Assembly (NCBI GenBank): GCA_965261695.1
Contig: OZ253474.1
Coordinates: 3,411,340 to 3,475,339, forward strand
Length of the DNA: 64,000 nt
Source of the DNA: Caldilineaceae bacterium
Lineage (GTDB): Bacteria > Chloroflexota > Anaerolineae > Caldilineales > Caldilineaceae
Direction: 5' to 3'
Numbering within the stretch: the first letter of the stretch is position 1; each line of letters begins with the position of its first letter. The notes under the pieces were generated by a model. It worked only from the letters and a program-made list of their open reading frames with translations, did no database searches and was not told where the DNA came from. Positions 41,001 through 51,075 of this stretch are shown here, one piece after another. The position numbers and the translations under genes are program-made.

Positions 41001-41287
41001 ATGCGGGGGATGCTGTCAAGACTGACCTGAAAGGATTCAATAACGTGTTCCGGAGGAAAAACAATCGTGGTTCCGTCTGGTTCCATTAACGTGCCGCCGC
41101 TCCTGTCAATGGTCGTGTAGGAGAGATGCTGGATGCGCTCGATCAGGCTAATCGGCGGCAGCAGCAGCGCGGCGATGATCAGAAGAGGAATCAGAACGAG
41201 CGAAAGGATTGCGCCGACAACCCTCCTCGGCCCGGAGCCTCTCCTCTGGCGCGGTTCATCATAGTCATCATAAGAAGACCGTCGCAT
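38075..41287 (-). CDS. large membrane-anchored multidomain protein with bacterial SH3 domain and C-terminal clan GH-A glycosidase-like domain
   Basis: 1070 aa. N-terminal TM (VVGAILSLVLIPLLIIAALLL). Pro/Thr linker ATPTPVATPTPVPTATP. SH3b-like VNVREGPGRAYNKIGLL...YRIVGKNQAGDWWQI. C-terminal IEVWNEQNLHYEWG (NEP motif). Confidence 0.75.
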   Translation of the reverse strand: MRRSSYDDYDEPRQRRGSGPRRVVGAILSLVLIPLLIIAALLLPPISLIERIQHLSYTTIDRSGGTLMEPDGTTIVFPPEHVIESFQVSLDSIPRMEFLDGNAGQDWISARDALLNTGLEAKSPIYEVSGRGGRVEQSIVQIPIPNDSQPYETLELYSWDGDSWEFVPSSVLTMDDRIETRVDGLPPSNFVVMQTSAPPPRVGTNIGTGEHVSPILANSAITTLAVAGFYLRGDGALDVERTNSPVGNYAVVPVLRNWRGMEPPRSDLLHNMLVEPGQLQNQLNTVTNLLVQYSYPGVIIDYRGMEAALASEAEFTHFIELLAEQLHAPDVNRWLAVRVESPQPISPVEWNTRGYDWQALGRVADRVLIPGPADPAAYQLGGQMGALLAYATDQIDRRKVQVELPGMSVERSGGQLWLKGFQQALQPLVAQIRLGGEDGVMLPGQPVQLSVVNPRISRPLVYDGAIGAYVYSYIDDQQMERAVTIENSSSFAHKLSLLDRYKVTQVMVRDADSGDLDPDLWEVARQFQTGGGVDPSPTRLEVVYTIFHPDGTVMQQVAVPIDNPVHTFTAPVGAGDVRVEAQVVQTSNLGNRQVASPGNVVAMSLATPTPVATPTPVPTATPEFARLASVQPVNVREGPGRAYNKIGLLNANQPYRIVGKNQAGDWWQINFGDQKGWVSGQVVTTDGALNQVAVITDIPAPPAAAPAVVSAPAPSGGGSFGYGVQAHMVHNGQAGQVMQKTRELGFGWVKQQIEWKVFEASPGQYDWGSMQGIIDAANGAGISLLFSVVNAPSWAREPGHASVGGPPRDPNTFARFLGAMAGKYCGTSLKAIEVWNEQNLHYEWGNLPLDPAKYVELLKPSYSSIKAACPSMLVISGALTPAASNGTPQSHGGIAAMDDFEYLERMFQAGLNNYMDGIGAHPSGYNVPPSYTWEQGCEAIKIHGNTGFNGACDTPHHSWSFRSTMEGYRNIAVTYGAANKRIWPTEFGWAAGGAFDARYGYANDNTYEEQAAWTVEAYQMMRNWGWAGPAILWNLNFRVVADGTEKAQWGIVRNDWSNLPIFNALRDMPK

Positions 41288-41715
41288 TTACGATTTCCTC
41301 CATTTCGCACCCCTTCCGAGCAGAGGGTGCATTGGACGCGAATCCTGGGTCCGGAAGCACGCCCGTCAGCGGCAGTGGCGCCACTGACGATTGCCTGCGC
41401 GCTCCGGCACACGGTTGAATCCGAAGATGCTTGCTTTGTGCCCGTTGCCAAGTGTCCAGAATTGTGGAGTCGGCAAAAGACGCCTTTGATGAAAAAATGT
41501 TTCAAAGACCAATGCTTCAGGGTCAATTCTTCATCAAAGTTACTGCTTGAGGCAGTTTGTTTTCTGACTATCTTAGCACAAGCAAAATTCTCAACAAAAA
41601 CGGGTATATTCAAGGCAAGGTGGCGTGTGCGAATGGCGCGGGCCATCCGGGTACGGCACAGTGCGCATTGTCCTGCGCCCCAGGCGCCGCGCCGGTGCAA
41701 CCTGCCCCGAAACAG

Positions 41716-41745
41716 TTGCCGAGTCGTTCCCCACTGCATTATACT
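41716..41745 (+). promoter_or_regulatory. sigma70-like promoter candidate for proBA
   Basis: TTGCCG (41716-41721), 18-nt spacer, TATACT (41740-41745), about 95 nt upstream of the proB ATG. Hexamer match only. Confidence 0.35.
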
Positions 41746-41839
41746 GTGGGCGTAGCCGTCCTGAACATCTGCCAACTGTTTCGCCGCCGCGCCCCTTTCG
41801 AGAAGGGGGCACGCAACCGCTTTTGATGGGAAGGCATGG

Positions 41840-42943
41840 ATGTATCGCAGAATCGTCGTCAAGCTGGGGACTGGTGTACTCACCAAGGGAACCCGCTTTT
41901 TAAATCAACCTCAGATGGTGGAACTGACCCGCCAGATTGCGTCGCTCCATCACCATAATAAGGAGGTGATTGTCTGCACCTCCGGCGCGCAGGCCGCGGG
42001 GCGGGCGCTGCTGGATTTTCCCGATCTGCCCGCGACCCTGGCCAGCCGCCAAATGCTTGCAGCCGTGGGCCAGAGCCGCTTGATGCTTCTGTGGGGTCGA
42101 TTTTTCCAGATCTATGGCATACTCGTCGGTCAGATTCTTCTGACCAGGGCGGATACGGAAAACCGCCAGCGTTTCCTGAACGCCCGCGATACCTTCTACG
42201 ACCTGCTCAGGCATCGAATCGTCCCGGTTGTCAATGAAAATGACGCGGTGGCGGTCGAAGAGATCAAGGTGGGCGACAACGACAACCTTTCGGCGTTGGT
42301 GGCTGTGTTGACTGATGCCGACCTGCTGTTGATGTTGACCGACCAGCCGGGGCTGTTCACAGCCGACCCGCGCAGCGACCCGGAGGCGCAGTTGATCCCG
42401 GAAGTCAACAAGATCGACGATTCCCTGCGCGCTCTGGCCGGCAGCAGTCAGTCGGGCCTGGGCATTGGCGGCATGAGTACCAAACTTCAGGCCGCGGAGA
42501 TCGCCTGCCGCGCCGGCACCGACGTTGTGATCGCGGCTGGCAGCGCGCCGGACGTGATCGTGCGGGCTGTCGCCGGACAGCAGGTGGGGACCCGCTTCCC
42601 TGCACAGGAGACGCCGCTGGAGAACCGCAAACGCTGGATCCTGGCCGGTCCTGCGCCGTCAGGCCATCTGCTGGTGGATGCCGGCGCGGCCAGGGCCTTG
42701 CGTCATCACGGCAACAGCCTTTTGCCCGTCGGCATCACGACGGTGGAGGGCGACTTTGAGCGAGGCGACGCCGTATTCGTGCGCGAGCGCAACGGCCCCG
42801 ACCTGGCAAGGGGAATTACCCGCTACAGCAGCGATGATCTGCATCACATTTGCGGCTGTCAGTCGCATGAGATCTGCGAACGGCTGGGCTACGACTATGG
42901 GCCGGTGGTGCTCCACCGCAATGATATGATCGTAATGGAGTAG
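41840..42943 (+). CDS. proB: glutamate 5-kinase
   Basis: 367 aa. [10 protein letters not shown] amino-acid-kinase N-terminus, VNENDAV, and a C-terminal PUA domain. Immediately followed by proA. Confidence 0.95.
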   Translation: MYRRIVVKLGTGVLTKGTRFLNQPQMVELTRQIASLHHHNKEVIVCTSGAQAAGRALLDFPDLPATLASRQMLAAVGQSRLMLLWGRFFQIYGILVGQILLTRADTENRQRFLNARDTFYDLLRHRIVPVVNENDAVAVEEIKVGDNDNLSALVAVLTDADLLLMLTDQPGLFTADPRSDPEAQLIPEVNKIDDSLRALAGSSQSGLGIGGMSTKLQAAEIACRAGTDVVIAAGSAPDVIVRAVAGQQVGTRFPAQETPLENRKRWILAGPAPSGHLLVDAGAARALRHHGNSLLPVGITTVEGDFERGDAVFVRERNGPDLARGITRYSSDDLHHICGCQSHEICERLGYDYGPVVLHRNDMIVME

Positions 42944-42960
42944 GAGTTGGGAGGAGTCCT

Positions 42961-44292
42961 ATGACGACTGCTGTGAGGATACCAGGCGCGCGCCTGGAGA
43001 GTTCGCTCGGGAACGGTCTGGAGGCGGAGCAGACGGTTGATTTGGAGGCGATGGGGCGGGCCGCGCAGCAGGCGAGCCGTAAGCTGGCGGCGCTGACTTC
43101 GGCGCAGAAGAATGCCGCGCTTCATGCCATCGCCGATGCGCTGGAGGCGAGGAGCGCAGAGATGCTGGCGCAGAACGAACTGGACATCGTGGCGGGCCGC
43201 GCCAACGGCCTCAGCGACGCGCTGCTGGATCGGCTGCTGCTGACGCCGGAGCGGATGCGCGGGCTGGCGGCTGATACGCGGCGTGTGGCCGCGCTGCCGG
43301 ACCCGGTCGGCGCGGAACTGGAAAGCCGCGTGTTGCCGAACGGGATGCGCCTCAGCCGACGACGCATCCCGATTGGCGTCCTTGGCGTCATCTACGAGGC
43401 CCGTCCCAACACGACGATCGATGTCGCTGTGCTGAGCCTGAAAACGGGCAACGCGGTGATCCTGCGCGGCGGCAAAGAGACGCTGCGCAGCAACCTGGCG
43501 CTGGTGTCTGTCATCCGCGACGCGCTGCACGAGCAGGGACTGCCCAGCGAGGCGATCCAATACATCGGCAACCCGGACAGGGCGCTGGTCTCCCGCTTTC
43601 TGCGCATGGACGCCTACATCGACATGCTCATTCCTCGAGGCGGCAACAGCCTGCACCGCCTCTGCCGGGAGCAGAGCACGATCCCGGTGATCACCGGCGG
43701 CATCGGCATCTGCCACTATTATGTGGATGTCAGTGCCGAACAGGAGCGGGGGCTGGATGTAATCGTCAACGCCCGCACGCAGCGCCCCTCCGTCTGCAAC
43801 GCACTGGATACGCTGCTTGTCAACCGCCGGATCGCAGCCGAGTTCCTGCCCAAGCTGGCGCGGCGCATGGCCGAATGCGGCGTGGAAATGCGGGCCGCGC
43901 CCGACGCGCTTCCCCTTCTGGAAGGCCACGGGGCGACCGTCGTCGCGGCCGGGCCGGATGACTGGGACACCGAGTGGATGGCATTGATCCTGGGCGTCAA
44001 GCTGGTGGACTCCATGGACGAGGCCATCGAACACATTCAAGAGCACAGCCAGGACCATTCCGACGGCATCCTGACCAACGACTGGAACAATGCCCAACGC
44101 TTTATCGATGCGGTCAACTCCTCGGCCGTCTTCGTAAACGCCAGCACGCGCTTTAACGACGGCGGCCAGTTTGGCCTCGGCGCGGAGGTCGCCGTCAGCA
44201 CGCAGAAGCTCCACGCGCGCGGGCCGATGGGGCTGGAGGAGCTGACCACGTACAAGTGGGTGGTGGTGGGCGACATGCACGTGCGCGCGTAG
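42961..44292 (+). CDS. proA: glutamate-5-semialdehyde dehydrogenase (gamma-glutamyl phosphate reductase)
   Basis: 443 aa. ALDH-fold ProA blocks: [46 protein letters not shown]. Confidence 0.95.
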   Translation: MTTAVRIPGARLESSLGNGLEAEQTVDLEAMGRAAQQASRKLAALTSAQKNAALHAIADALEARSAEMLAQNELDIVAGRANGLSDALLDRLLLTPERMRGLAADTRRVAALPDPVGAELESRVLPNGMRLSRRRIPIGVLGVIYEARPNTTIDVAVLSLKTGNAVILRGGKETLRSNLALVSVIRDALHEQGLPSEAIQYIGNPDRALVSRFLRMDAYIDMLIPRGGNSLHRLCREQSTIPVITGGIGICHYYVDVSAEQERGLDVIVNARTQRPSVCNALDTLLVNRRIAAEFLPKLARRMAECGVEMRAAPDALPLLEGHGATVVAAGPDDWDTEWMALILGVKLVDSMDEAIEHIQEHSQDHSDGILTNDWNNAQRFIDAVNSSAVFVNASTRFNDGGQFGLGAEVAVSTQKLHARGPMGLEELTTYKWVVVGDMHVRA

Positions 44293-44352
44293 CGTCTGCA
44301 CGAGCGGCGGCCCGGACATGGTGCCGGCTACCGCAATTCTGCTTGCGTCCAG

Positions 44353-45795
44353 CTACGGGTCAACTGCGTCAGAGTAGTCGAGCAGCGCGGCCGCGGCTGT
44401 GTCCAGATCGGCGAACAGCCCCAATCCGACCGCGGCGGCAACTGCCGCGCCGACCGCTGCCTCTTCCGCGTGGCTGGGGATCAGCAGCGGCTTGCCAAAA
44501 CGACGCGCCAGCATCCGGGCCAAGAGCGGGTTGTGTCGCACGCCATTGCCCGCGCCCACCAGCAGCGGCCTGGTCCCCACTACCGGCTTCATCTGTTCGA
44601 AAAAGGCGTAAAAACCACTGACCATGCCTTCCAGCAGGGCGCGGGCGAAGTGCGCGGGCGTGAAGTTGTCCGGCGAAATGCCGCTGAACGAGGCCCGCAG
44701 CGCCGGGTCGGTGCGGCTGCCGGTGAAGAACGGCTCGCAGCGCAGGCCGTCGCTGCCGGCGGGTACGCTCGCGGCTAGTTCCGTCATGCGTTCGTACAGG
44801 TCGGACGGCGGGTCGGCGTGAAGGAGTTTGTCGCCCACCTGCTGGAAGAAACGCTGCAAGTAGGCATAGGAACGACCGCCGAACAGCCCTCCGCCAATCA
44901 GCAGATACTGTCCGCCGGGGAAGGGGCGGTTCTCCAGGCCGGGAATGAAATGGAAGCTGTCCGTGCGCGCCGAGATCTGGCCGCCGGTGCCAACGTTGAG
45001 CAGGAGACTGCGGGGCGGCTCCTGCGCGCTGCCGATGAAACTGGCCTGATTGTCGCCCAGCGCAATCGTCACCGCGGCCCCTGGCGCCAGGCCGGTCGCT
45101 TCAGCCAACTCGCGGCGCAGACCACCCACCACATCTCCGGCCTGCCCAACCGGCGGAAAGAGTCGCGCCGGCAGGTTCAGCCGCTCCAGCAAGTTCGAAT
45201 CCCAACAATTCGCGCGGATGTCGAAAATGCCGGAACTGGCGGCGAGGGTCGGCTCGCAGACGACCGCCGCGCCGGTCAGGAAAGAGACGACCGCATCGGG
45301 GATGAAGCAGGCGGTCACCGGCGGCTCGGGCAGGGCGTCTTGCAGGGCCAGCCAGTAGAGGCTGGGGCCGAGGAAACCGGCCGCGGGCAAACAGCCGGTG
45401 TCGCGGAAGGCCTCCCGGCCTCCGGCCGCGGCGATGAACTGTTCCAGCACCGGCGTGTCCGAGCAGGGCAGCGGCTGTTGCACGCGCAGATCTTGCCATG
45501 TGATGGCGGGCGCGGCCGGAATGGCGTCCAGGCGTATCAGGGCGACGCCGTGCTGCTGGCCGGTGACGCCGATGCCCTGAAAGGCGGCAGGGGTCAGCCC
45601 GGTCTGCGCCACCAGCTCAGCCAGACATTGCACCGTCAACTCGAACAGCCGCGTCAGGTCCAGTTCAGCGAGACCGGGCGCGGGCGCGTATCCGGCGAGA
45701 TTGGCTATCGTCCGGTGGGCCAGCTGGCGGCCGCTCGCCGGGTCCAGCGCCACGGCGCTCAATGAAGTGGTGCCGATATCAAGTCCGATGAGCAT
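44353..45795 (-). CDS. FGGY-family carbohydrate kinase
   Basis: 480 aa. N-terminal LIGLDIGTTS phosphate-1 motif and C-terminal GAGNGVRHNP...AAVGAA, typical of FGGY kinases. Substrate not assignable. Confidence 0.8.
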   Translation of the reverse strand: MLIGLDIGTTSLSAVALDPASGRQLAHRTIANLAGYAPAPGLAELDLTRLFELTVQCLAELVAQTGLTPAAFQGIGVTGQQHGVALIRLDAIPAAPAITWQDLRVQQPLPCSDTPVLEQFIAAAGGREAFRDTGCLPAAGFLGPSLYWLALQDALPEPPVTACFIPDAVVSFLTGAAVVCEPTLAASSGIFDIRANCWDSNLLERLNLPARLFPPVGQAGDVVGGLRRELAEATGLAPGAAVTIALGDNQASFIGSAQEPPRSLLLNVGTGGQISARTDSFHFIPGLENRPFPGGQYLLIGGGLFGGRSYAYLQRFFQQVGDKLLHADPPSDLYERMTELAASVPAGSDGLRCEPFFTGSRTDPALRASFSGISPDNFTPAHFARALLEGMVSGFYAFFEQMKPVVGTRPLLVGAGNGVRHNPLLARMLARRFGKPLLIPSHAEEAAVGAAVAAAVGLGLFADLDTAAAALLDYSDAVDP

Positions 45796-46068
45796 GGCGA
45801 TGACCCTGGATAGAGTGCGAAGAGTCTTGAACTACCAAATGCGTCGTGAACAAGGTACGAAGATTGTACCGCAGAAGGCCGTCTGTGAGCATACGCATCG
45901 CTGTGTCAGAATGGAAAGCCGCCTGTCACTCTGTTACAATAGAGCCACACTTGCGGACGCGGCGTTGCGGTTCGCCCTCAGACGGCAGGCGAGGCACGGA
46001 ACGATGACTGGACATTGGCATTTCCATTCTTGCCTGTAGTTCGTGCTACACTATCCAGGGGAGGCGTG

Positions 46069-46917
46069 ATGATGACGACAACCACCGGCGCCCGCGACAA
46101 AAAGGCGCAACTGATACGCGACGGTTACTGCGTCTTTGAGCAGGTGCTGGCCCCGGAGATGTTGGCCCGCTTGCGGGCTGCCAGCGACGGTCTGCTGGCG
46201 GCGCAGTCGGCTGAGCACTTCGATGAGCAGAAATCGACGGGCAGCATGGTCAGCGTCTACGATGATCCCTTTTTCGCCGATCTGGTGGCCTACGATCCGG
46301 CGCTGGACGCGCTAACTTCGTTGGGCTATCCGAATCCCCGCTGGTCATCCGGTTTTGTGATCAGCAAGCCCGGCCATTCACCACCGCTTTTCTGGCATCA
46401 GGACTGGTGGGGATGGAACGATCCGATCAGCTATACCGATATTCCCCAACAGCTTTTTCTGATGTACTATCTGGTGGATACGCGCATCCAGAACGGTTGT
46501 CTGCGGGTCATCGCCGGTTCCCACCGCAAGCGCCATCCCTTGCACGACGTCGTGCATAAAGCGCACACGGACGAACTGCGCCGGGCCACGGACCCGAGCC
46601 ATCCAGCCTACCAGCCGATACCGGAAGATCAGGATGTGCCGGTGCGCGCCGGCGATCTGGTCATCGGCGATTCCAGGCTGTTGCACGGCTCCCGTGCCAA
46701 CCAATCGAGGGAGCGCCGCACGGTCATCACGCTCTGGTACCATCCCAATTTCGACATATCATCGCCCCGCATCCAGGCCCACCTGAGCAAGATTCAGACG
46801 CGGGTTTCCGACTGGCCGCCGCGGGCACAGGAACTCGTCCAGCGGCTGGTGCCCACATACGTGGGGAATGAAGAGCCGCTGGAGTGGAATCGGGTACCGG
46901 GGCATCAACTGAAATGA
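46069..46917 (+). CDS. phytanoyl-CoA dioxygenase (PhyH)-family Fe(II)/2-oxoglutarate dioxygenase
   Basis: ATG 46069 after GGGGAGG. RDGYCVFEQVL N-terminus, WHQD (HxD facial-triad part), VIAGSHRK, distal LLHGSRANQS. Confidence 0.8.
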   Translation: MMTTTTGARDKKAQLIRDGYCVFEQVLAPEMLARLRAASDGLLAAQSAEHFDEQKSTGSMVSVYDDPFFADLVAYDPALDALTSLGYPNPRWSSGFVISKPGHSPPLFWHQDWWGWNDPISYTDIPQQLFLMYYLVDTRIQNGCLRVIAGSHRKRHPLHDVVHKAHTDELRRATDPSHPAYQPIPEDQDVPVRAGDLVIGDSRLLHGSRANQSRERRTVITLWYHPNFDISSPRIQAHLSKIQTRVSDWPPRAQELVQRLVPTYVGNEEPLEWNRVPGHQLK

Positions 46918-47003
46918 AACGTTCGCGCTCATATAGCAAAGCGGTAGCGCACATGACAACGCAACCATTCTGAAAAAGAATCGACCATAAGGAGAAAACT
47001 TCG

Positions 47004-48422
47004 ATGAAAATGTACATTGGCGGGCAGTGGGTGGACAAGTCCGAGAAGATTGAGGTGTTGCACCCGTTCGACGGTTCGGTCATCGACACCATTCCCAGCG
47101 GGGACGCGGCAGATGTGGAGCTGGCGCTGGCGACCGCCGAGCGGGGCGCCAAGGTGATGGCGAAGCTGACCGGCTACGAACGCTATGAGATCCTGCGCCG
47201 AGCCGCCGACCTGATGTTGGAAAGGAACGAGGATCTGGCCCGCACCATCACTTTGGAGGAGGGCAAGATCATCGCCGAAGGCCGGATGGAGGCGTCGCGC
47301 GCGGTCGAGATCATCGCCCTTTCCTCAGAAGAGGCCAAGCGCCTGGGCGGAGAGGTGGTGCCGCTGGACGGCGCGCCGGGGGCCGCGGGCAAATTCGGTT
47401 TCACCGTGCGCGTGCCCTGCGGCGTCATCGTCGGCATCAGCCCGTTCAACTTCCCGCTGCATCTGGTCTGCCACAAGATCGGCCCGGCGCTGGCCGCCGG
47501 CAATGCCATCATTCTCAAACCGGCGACGGACACGCCCCTCTCTGCGCTGAAGCTGGTCGAGATTTTCCTCGAAGCGGGTACGCCGCCGGAGGCGCTCCAG
47601 TGTCTCACAGGCTCCGGCGCAATCATCGGCGATGCGCTGTGCGCCGATTCGCGTGTGCGCAAGATCACCTTCACCGGCAGCCGCGACATCGGCGAGCATA
47701 TCTGCCGCACTGCCGGTCTGAAGCGGGTGACGATGGAGCTTGGCTCGAACGCGCCGCTGATCGTCATGCCCGACGCCGACCCCGAGCGAGTGGCCCAAGC
47801 TGCGGCGATGTCCGGCTACTCGAACGCCGGGCAGGTCTGCATTTCCACGCAGCGCGTCGTTACGCATGAGAAGATTTACGGCGACTTTCTTGACGCCTTC
47901 AAGGCGGCGGTCGAGAACATCACAACCGGTGACCCGCTGGCCGAATCAACCAAAATGGGACCGATGATTCGCGAGGATGACGCAGTGCGCGTGAATCAGT
48001 GGGTACAGGAAGCTGTAAGCGGCGGCGCCGAGCTTCTCCTCGGCGGGGAGCGCAACGGCCAGATGTACGCGCCGACGATCGTCTCGAACGTGAGCCCGGA
48101 GATGAAGATTTCCTGCGACGAGGTGTTTGGCCCGGTGGTGGCCGTGACCCGTGTCAGCGACATTGATGAGGCCATCGCGCTCGCCAACGACACCAACTAC
48201 GGTTTAAGCGCGGCGATCTTCACCCAAAACATCGATTGGGCGATGAAATTTGTGCAGGAGGTCGAATCCGGCAACCTTCACGTCAACTGGGGCACCCAAT
48301 GGCGCGCCGATCTGATGCCGTATGGCGGCCTCAAGGAGAGCGGCATGGGCAAGGAAGGCCCGAAATATGCCGTTGAGGAGATGACCGAAACGAAGATGGC
48401 GGTCTTCCACCTGAGCAGCTGA
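47004..48422 (+). CDS. NAD(P)-dependent aldehyde dehydrogenase family protein
   Basis: 472 aa. RBS AAGGAG. FTGS, MELGSNAP (the ELGG-type Glu), catalytic Cys in NAGQVCIST, EVFGPV. Confidence 0.9.
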   Translation: MKMYIGGQWVDKSEKIEVLHPFDGSVIDTIPSGDAADVELALATAERGAKVMAKLTGYERYEILRRAADLMLERNEDLARTITLEEGKIIAEGRMEASRAVEIIALSSEEAKRLGGEVVPLDGAPGAAGKFGFTVRVPCGVIVGISPFNFPLHLVCHKIGPALAAGNAIILKPATDTPLSALKLVEIFLEAGTPPEALQCLTGSGAIIGDALCADSRVRKITFTGSRDIGEHICRTAGLKRVTMELGSNAPLIVMPDADPERVAQAAAMSGYSNAGQVCISTQRVVTHEKIYGDFLDAFKAAVENITTGDPLAESTKMGPMIREDDAVRVNQWVQEAVSGGAELLLGGERNGQMYAPTIVSNVSPEMKISCDEVFGPVVAVTRVSDIDEAIALANDTNYGLSAAIFTQNIDWAMKFVQEVESGNLHVNWGTQWRADLMPYGGLKESGMGKEGPKYAVEEMTETKMAVFHLSS

Positions 48423-48455
48423 GCGAGTACGCCGGGCAAGATTCTCCCGTTCCCG

Positions 48456-49415
48456 TCAGATATTGGTTACGGAAGGCATTGGCGCGGGCGCGTTCCCGTG
48501 TCGGTGCCTTCCGTCGTTTTCGTCCCCGCCGCGGCTGTGGAAAATAGCCAGCCGGAATTCGTGGTCCATGCTCGGCTCCTGAATCGTCAGCCATCTCTCG
48601 GCGGCGATCTGTGCCGTACACGGGCCAAATGAGCAGATCGTCAGCCGGCGCGTCAATGCCTGGCGGCGCAGCCGGTTGAGCGCCGTTTGCAGCATCTGCC
48701 CGCGAAAAGGGGAGAAGAGAAAGTAGACCGTGCCCGCGCACAGATCAGCGGTGCGGGCGTCCCCAAGTCTGAACGTCACCCCGTCGATGCCCAGCGTTTC
48801 CGCTTCGCGACGCGCCTGCTCAACGAACGCCGGCGCCACCTCCAGCCCGATTGCCTCCACGCCGGTCAACAGATGCACCAGCAGCACAACCTGACCCAGC
48901 CCTGAGCCGATGTCGACAAATCTGTCGGCGCCCGTCAGCGGAACGCGATCCACCAGTTCGAGCAGCGCGCTCATCGGAGTCGACTCGTAGTGAATCATCT
49001 CACTGTCGCTGCCGTCCCACCGCTGCGGCAGGCAGTCGCTATGGAACAGCCCCGCGGCCAGAGCATCCGCGGCTTCCGCACCCCAGTGCAGACAGGCCAT
49101 ATCGCCGGGCTGGTAGCGGCAGTTGCTTTGGAGTAGAGTCCGCAGTCGGCGCGGCGCAGCAGTTCCGGCGCGGATGCCTGTACGGAGTTTGTCAAAGAGA
49201 GCCTGGTTGCGCTGCTCAAGATTGGCCTGCAACGTGCGTACCCGTTGCAACCGGGCTGCGACCGGCTGATAGTTGGCGCGTAGCTGGAGCGCTTCCTGCA
49301 GGAAGTCGAGCCTCTTCAAAGCCAGGAAGCGAGCCGCCAGATTGTCGTCAAAATAGAGGGACTGATCCTGCTCCAGCGCGTCTAAATCCCGCTCCAACTG
49401 CGTCAGATCGGGCAT
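48456..49415 (-). CDS. class I SAM-dependent methyltransferase with N-terminal helical domain
   Basis: SAM motif I FVDIGSGLGQV, followed by GLEV..., ...FRLGDA..., ...YFLFSPF. Substrate not assignable. Confidence 0.7.
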   Translation of the reverse strand: MPDLTQLERDLDALEQDQSLYFDDNLAARFLALKRLDFLQEALQLRANYQPVAARLQRVRTLQANLEQRNQALFDKLRTGIRAGTAAPRRLRTLLQSNCRYQPGDMACLHWGAEAADALAAGLFHSDCLPQRWDGSDSEMIHYESTPMSALLELVDRVPLTGADRFVDIGSGLGQVVLLVHLLTGVEAIGLEVAPAFVEQARREAETLGIDGVTFRLGDARTADLCAGTVYFLFSPFRGQMLQTALNRLRRQALTRRLTICSFGPCTAQIAAERWLTIQEPSMDHEFRLAIFHSRGGDENDGRHRHGNAPAPMPSVTNI

Positions 49416-49444
49416 TGCGGTCTCCGCGAGAGGTGGAGGGGTAC

Positions 49445-50854
49445 CTAGTTGAACTCTGTGAGCAGATCTGCGCGGCTGGAAAATGTCTCTGCGTTCAGCG
49501 GCTCACCGACCAGATCATATTCCATCGCGCCGTTGATGTGGACCTGCAGCATGGTTCCGGGGGGCGCGTCGGCGATGCCCGGCACGAGCACAAGGCCGTC
49601 CACCTCCGGCGCGTCGCGGTAGCTGCGTCCCAGCACCAGGGGATCGCCGGTGTCAGCGATTTCGCCTTCGCCTTCGACCAGGATGTCGAGCACCCTGCCG
49701 ACCTGCTCCTGATTCTTGCGCAGGCTGATCGGCTGCTGTGTTTCCATCAGGCGAGCGTAGCGCGCCGTTTTCTCTTCTTCGGGGACAGGGTCGGGCAGTT
49801 CCGCCGCGGGCGTGCCCGGCTCCGGGCTGAATGGGAACGCGCCGACCTTGTCGAACTCTATAGCCTGCGCGAACGCCAGCAACCCCTGGAACTCCTCTTC
49901 GGTCTCGCCCGGGTAGCCGACGATAAAGGTCGTGCGCAGGGCGATATCCGGCATCGCGGCGCGCAGTTTTTCCATGTGTTCGTAGATCATCTCCAGCCGG
50001 GAAGGGCGTCTCATGCGGCGCAGCGTGCGAGGGTCTCCGTGTTGCAGGGGCATATCCAGATAGGGCACGATCTTATCCTGGCTCGCCATCACTTCGATCA
50101 GGGCGTCGCTGACATGACCCGGGTAGGCGTACATCAGACGCACCCATTTCAGCGCATCGCCGCTGCGGTTGCAGAGGGCGCTCAGCAGCCGCGGCAGGCT
50201 GTCCGGCTCGCTCCAATCCCGTCCGAAGTCGGTCGTGTCCTGGGCGACGATCACAAGCTCCCTGGCGCCCGCGTCAACCAGCGCATTGGCCTCGTCAACA
50301 ATCGCCTCGACGGGGCGGCTGCGCAGCTTGCCTTTGAAACTGGGGATTGTGCAGAAGGCGCAAGGCGCGTTGCAACCATCAGAAATTTTGAGATATGCGC
50401 TGCCCCCGGCCACAGGCGGGCGCGGCACCGGCCGCTCGTAGGATTCGTCCGGCTCGCCCAACAGGCTGTAGCGTTGCAGACGGCGTTGCTGCGGTCCGCG
50501 GCGCACGCGTCTGACCAGCTCCACCACATCCATCCAGCGGCGCGTTCCCAGCAAACCGTCCACCTGCGGCACCCGTTTCAGCACCTCCTCGCCGTTGCGT
50601 TGCGCCAAACAGCCGGCCGCGATGAGCATCTGGTTCTGACGTTTGCCATCGGCCAGTTCTTGCAATACGCCGATAGACTCCTCTTTGGCCGCTTCCAGAA
50701 AGCCGCACGTGTTCACGATTAGCACATCAGCGCGGCGCGCGTCTGCAGTTTTGGCGATATCCGCCTGCTGCAACAGCATCTCCATGCCGTCGCTGTCAAC
50801 TTCATTTTTGGGACACCCAAGGGTGATCAGATGATAGGTCTGATTTCTCGTCAT
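49445..50854 (-). CDS. rimO: ribosomal protein S12 methylthiotransferase
   Basis: LITLGCPKNEVDSD UPF0004 N-domain, radical SAM CNAPCAFC, C-terminal TRAM domain. ATG 50854 (TTG 50857 also in frame). Confidence 0.88.
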   Translation of the reverse strand: MTRNQTYHLITLGCPKNEVDSDGMEMLLQQADIAKTADARRADVLIVNTCGFLEAAKEESIGVLQELADGKRQNQMLIAAGCLAQRNGEEVLKRVPQVDGLLGTRRWMDVVELVRRVRRGPQQRRLQRYSLLGEPDESYERPVPRPPVAGGSAYLKISDGCNAPCAFCTIPSFKGKLRSRPVEAIVDEANALVDAGARELVIVAQDTTDFGRDWSEPDSLPRLLSALCNRSGDALKWVRLMYAYPGHVSDALIEVMASQDKIVPYLDMPLQHGDPRTLRRMRRPSRLEMIYEHMEKLRAAMPDIALRTTFIVGYPGETEEEFQGLLAFAQAIEFDKVGAFPFSPEPGTPAAELPDPVPEEEKTARYARLMETQQPISLRKNQEQVGRVLDILVEGEGEIADTGDPLVLGRSYRDAPEVDGLVLVPGIADAPPGTMLQVHINGAMEYDLVGEPLNAETFSSRADLLTEFN

Positions 50855-51075
50855 CAACGAACCTCTTGTTCAAACGCGTGCATTGATAGGCCATCGACCT
50901 CTTCTATCAACGTTGACCACACACCCACCTATGCCGCCGCCGGATAACGCCAACACCACTTTCGTCCTGACGGCAAGATCTCACTTCACCATGCCATTGT
51001 ATCACAGAATTTGGTGGAGAAAGAGACGGCGACCCGGGAAAACGCTCACGATGGTGGAGCGCATGGGGTCGAAGA

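Noticed and set aside
39266-41089. Very long ORFs antisense to recognisable genes: 39266..41089 (607 aa), 42895..44319 (474 aa), 48851..50722 (623 aa), 17567..18838, 13306..14469, 33184..34101, 30716..31651, 55038..56102, 60039..60869, 7049..7918, 44818..45765
   Set aside because: Each lies opposite a gene with clear family motifs. Their translations are Arg/Ala/Gly/Pro/His-rich low-complexity strings typical of the reverse frame of GC-rich coding DNA.
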